Assembly: GCF_000021865.1 (NCBI RefSeq) | Contig: NC_014034.1 | Span: forward strand, 240,001-272,000 | Reading direction: 5' to 3' | Length of the DNA stretch: 32,000 nucleotides | DNA from: Rhodobacter capsulatus SB 1003 | GTDB taxonomy: Bacteria; Pseudomonadota; Alphaproteobacteria; Rhodobacterales; Rhodobacteraceae | Shown: one piece after another, positions 31,342-32,000 of the stretch | Layout of the letters: each line of letters starts with the position of its first letter | How positions within the stretch are numbered: the stretch's first letter is position 1 | Program-made: the position numbers and the translations under genes | Notes under the pieces: generated by a model | The model's database searches: none | What the model saw: the letters and a program-made list of their open reading frames with translations, nothing else | What the model was told of the DNA's origin: nothing

Positions 31342-32000
31342 TCAGCCGTTCTCGCGCAGGACCTGGCCTGCCAGATACAGCGAGCCGCAGATCAGCACCC
31401 GCGCCTGCGGGTCTTGTTGCGCAATCTGATCAAGGGCTTGCGTGACCGATCCGGCCTCGGTGACCTGCGCGAAGCCCGCCTTGCGGGCGGCCTCGGCCGT
31501 GGCCGTGCTGGGGAGCGTGTTGACCTCGTTCGGGATCGAAACGGCGGTCAGGCTTTGCGCCTGCGCGGCGAGCGGGCGCAGATAGCCCGCGATGTCCTTG
31601 GTGTTGAGCATGCCGCAAATCAGATGCGTCGGGCGTTGCACCATCCGCGACAGCGTCGCCGCCACAGCTTCGCCCCCGGCCGGATTGTGGCCGCCATCCA
31701 GCCACAGCTCGACCCCCGGCGCGCTTTGCGCGAGCGGCCCCTGCCGCAGGCGTTGCATCCGTGCGGGCCAGTCGGCTTTCGTTACCGCCGCTTCGCAGGC
31801 CAGATCGTCAAAGCCGAGCACCCGCAGCGCGGCAATCGCGGCGCCTGCGTTTTCGATCTGATGCGGCCCGGGAAGGTTCGGCAAAGGCAGATCCAGAAGC
31901 CCGGTCTCGTCCTGATAGATCAGCCGCCCGCGGTCTTCGAAAGCGTGCCAGTGCTGGCCGTGGACAAAGAGGGGCACGCCCAGCCGCGCGGCTTTTTCCT
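31342..32000 (-). CDS. folC: bifunctional folylpolyglutamate synthase / dihydrofolate synthase, C-terminal part (5' end lies outside the window)
   Basis: Mur-ligase C-terminal domain motifs LPGPHQIENAGAAIAAL and LDGGHNPAG. The reading frame remains open to the window edge. Confidence 0.85.
   Translation of the reverse strand, partial: EKAARLGVPLFVHGQHWHAFEDRGRLIYQDETGLLDLPLPNLPGPHQIENAGAAIAALRVLGFDDLACEAAVTKADWPARMQRLRQGPLAQSAPGVELWLDGGHNPAGGEAVAATLSRMVQRPTHLICGMLNTKDIAGYLRPLAAQAQSLTAVSIPNEVNTLPSTATAEAARKAGFAQVTEAGSVTQALDQIAQQDPQARVLICGSLYLAGQVLRENG

Overview
High-GC window with strong G/C preference at third codon positions. It looks like core chromosome of an alphaproteobacterium. Gene order suggests Rhodobacteraceae, but this is inference and could not be checked by search. 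About 31 protein genes are supported, and nearly all are recognisable housekeeping genes. In order they are: nspC (partial), carboxy(nor)spermidine dehydrogenase, argG, mog; ubiG (-); pip; the tightly coupled rimP-nusA-ylxR-infB operon; a 45-codon ORF missing from the ORF track (-); PPIase-argJ-mutT (-) divergent from secA; a 306-aa exported hypothetical; radC (-); dnaK-dnaJ (-) with an RpoH-type promoter, divergent from alkB; mutY (-); a DUF721 gene and a DsbA-family gene; DUF4170-waaA-lpxK (-); a TIM-barrel sugar-phosphate isomerase (-); zapE; an LLM flavin oxidoreductase (-); folC (partial, -). I found no tRNA or rRNA genes, CRISPR arrays, transposases, integrases, phage genes or recognisable defence systems. 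I do not see a convincing novel multi-gene system. The items most worth a second look are: (1) ArgJ fused in frame to an N-terminal heptad coiled-coil plus poly-Ala/Thr linker; (2) a short palindromic repeat family present at two loci, one of which supplies the last ~16 codons and the stop of mutY; (3) a promoter-leader-intrinsic terminator unit abutting the rimP start codon, possibly a NusA-type attenuator; (4) the well-supported 45-aa ORF in an AT-rich island after infB; (5) the uncharacterised exported protein after secA, with palindromic sites upstream; (6) a hairpin-dense 236-nt spacer after zapE. The many long antisense or off-frame ORFs in the track are treated as high-GC artefacts.
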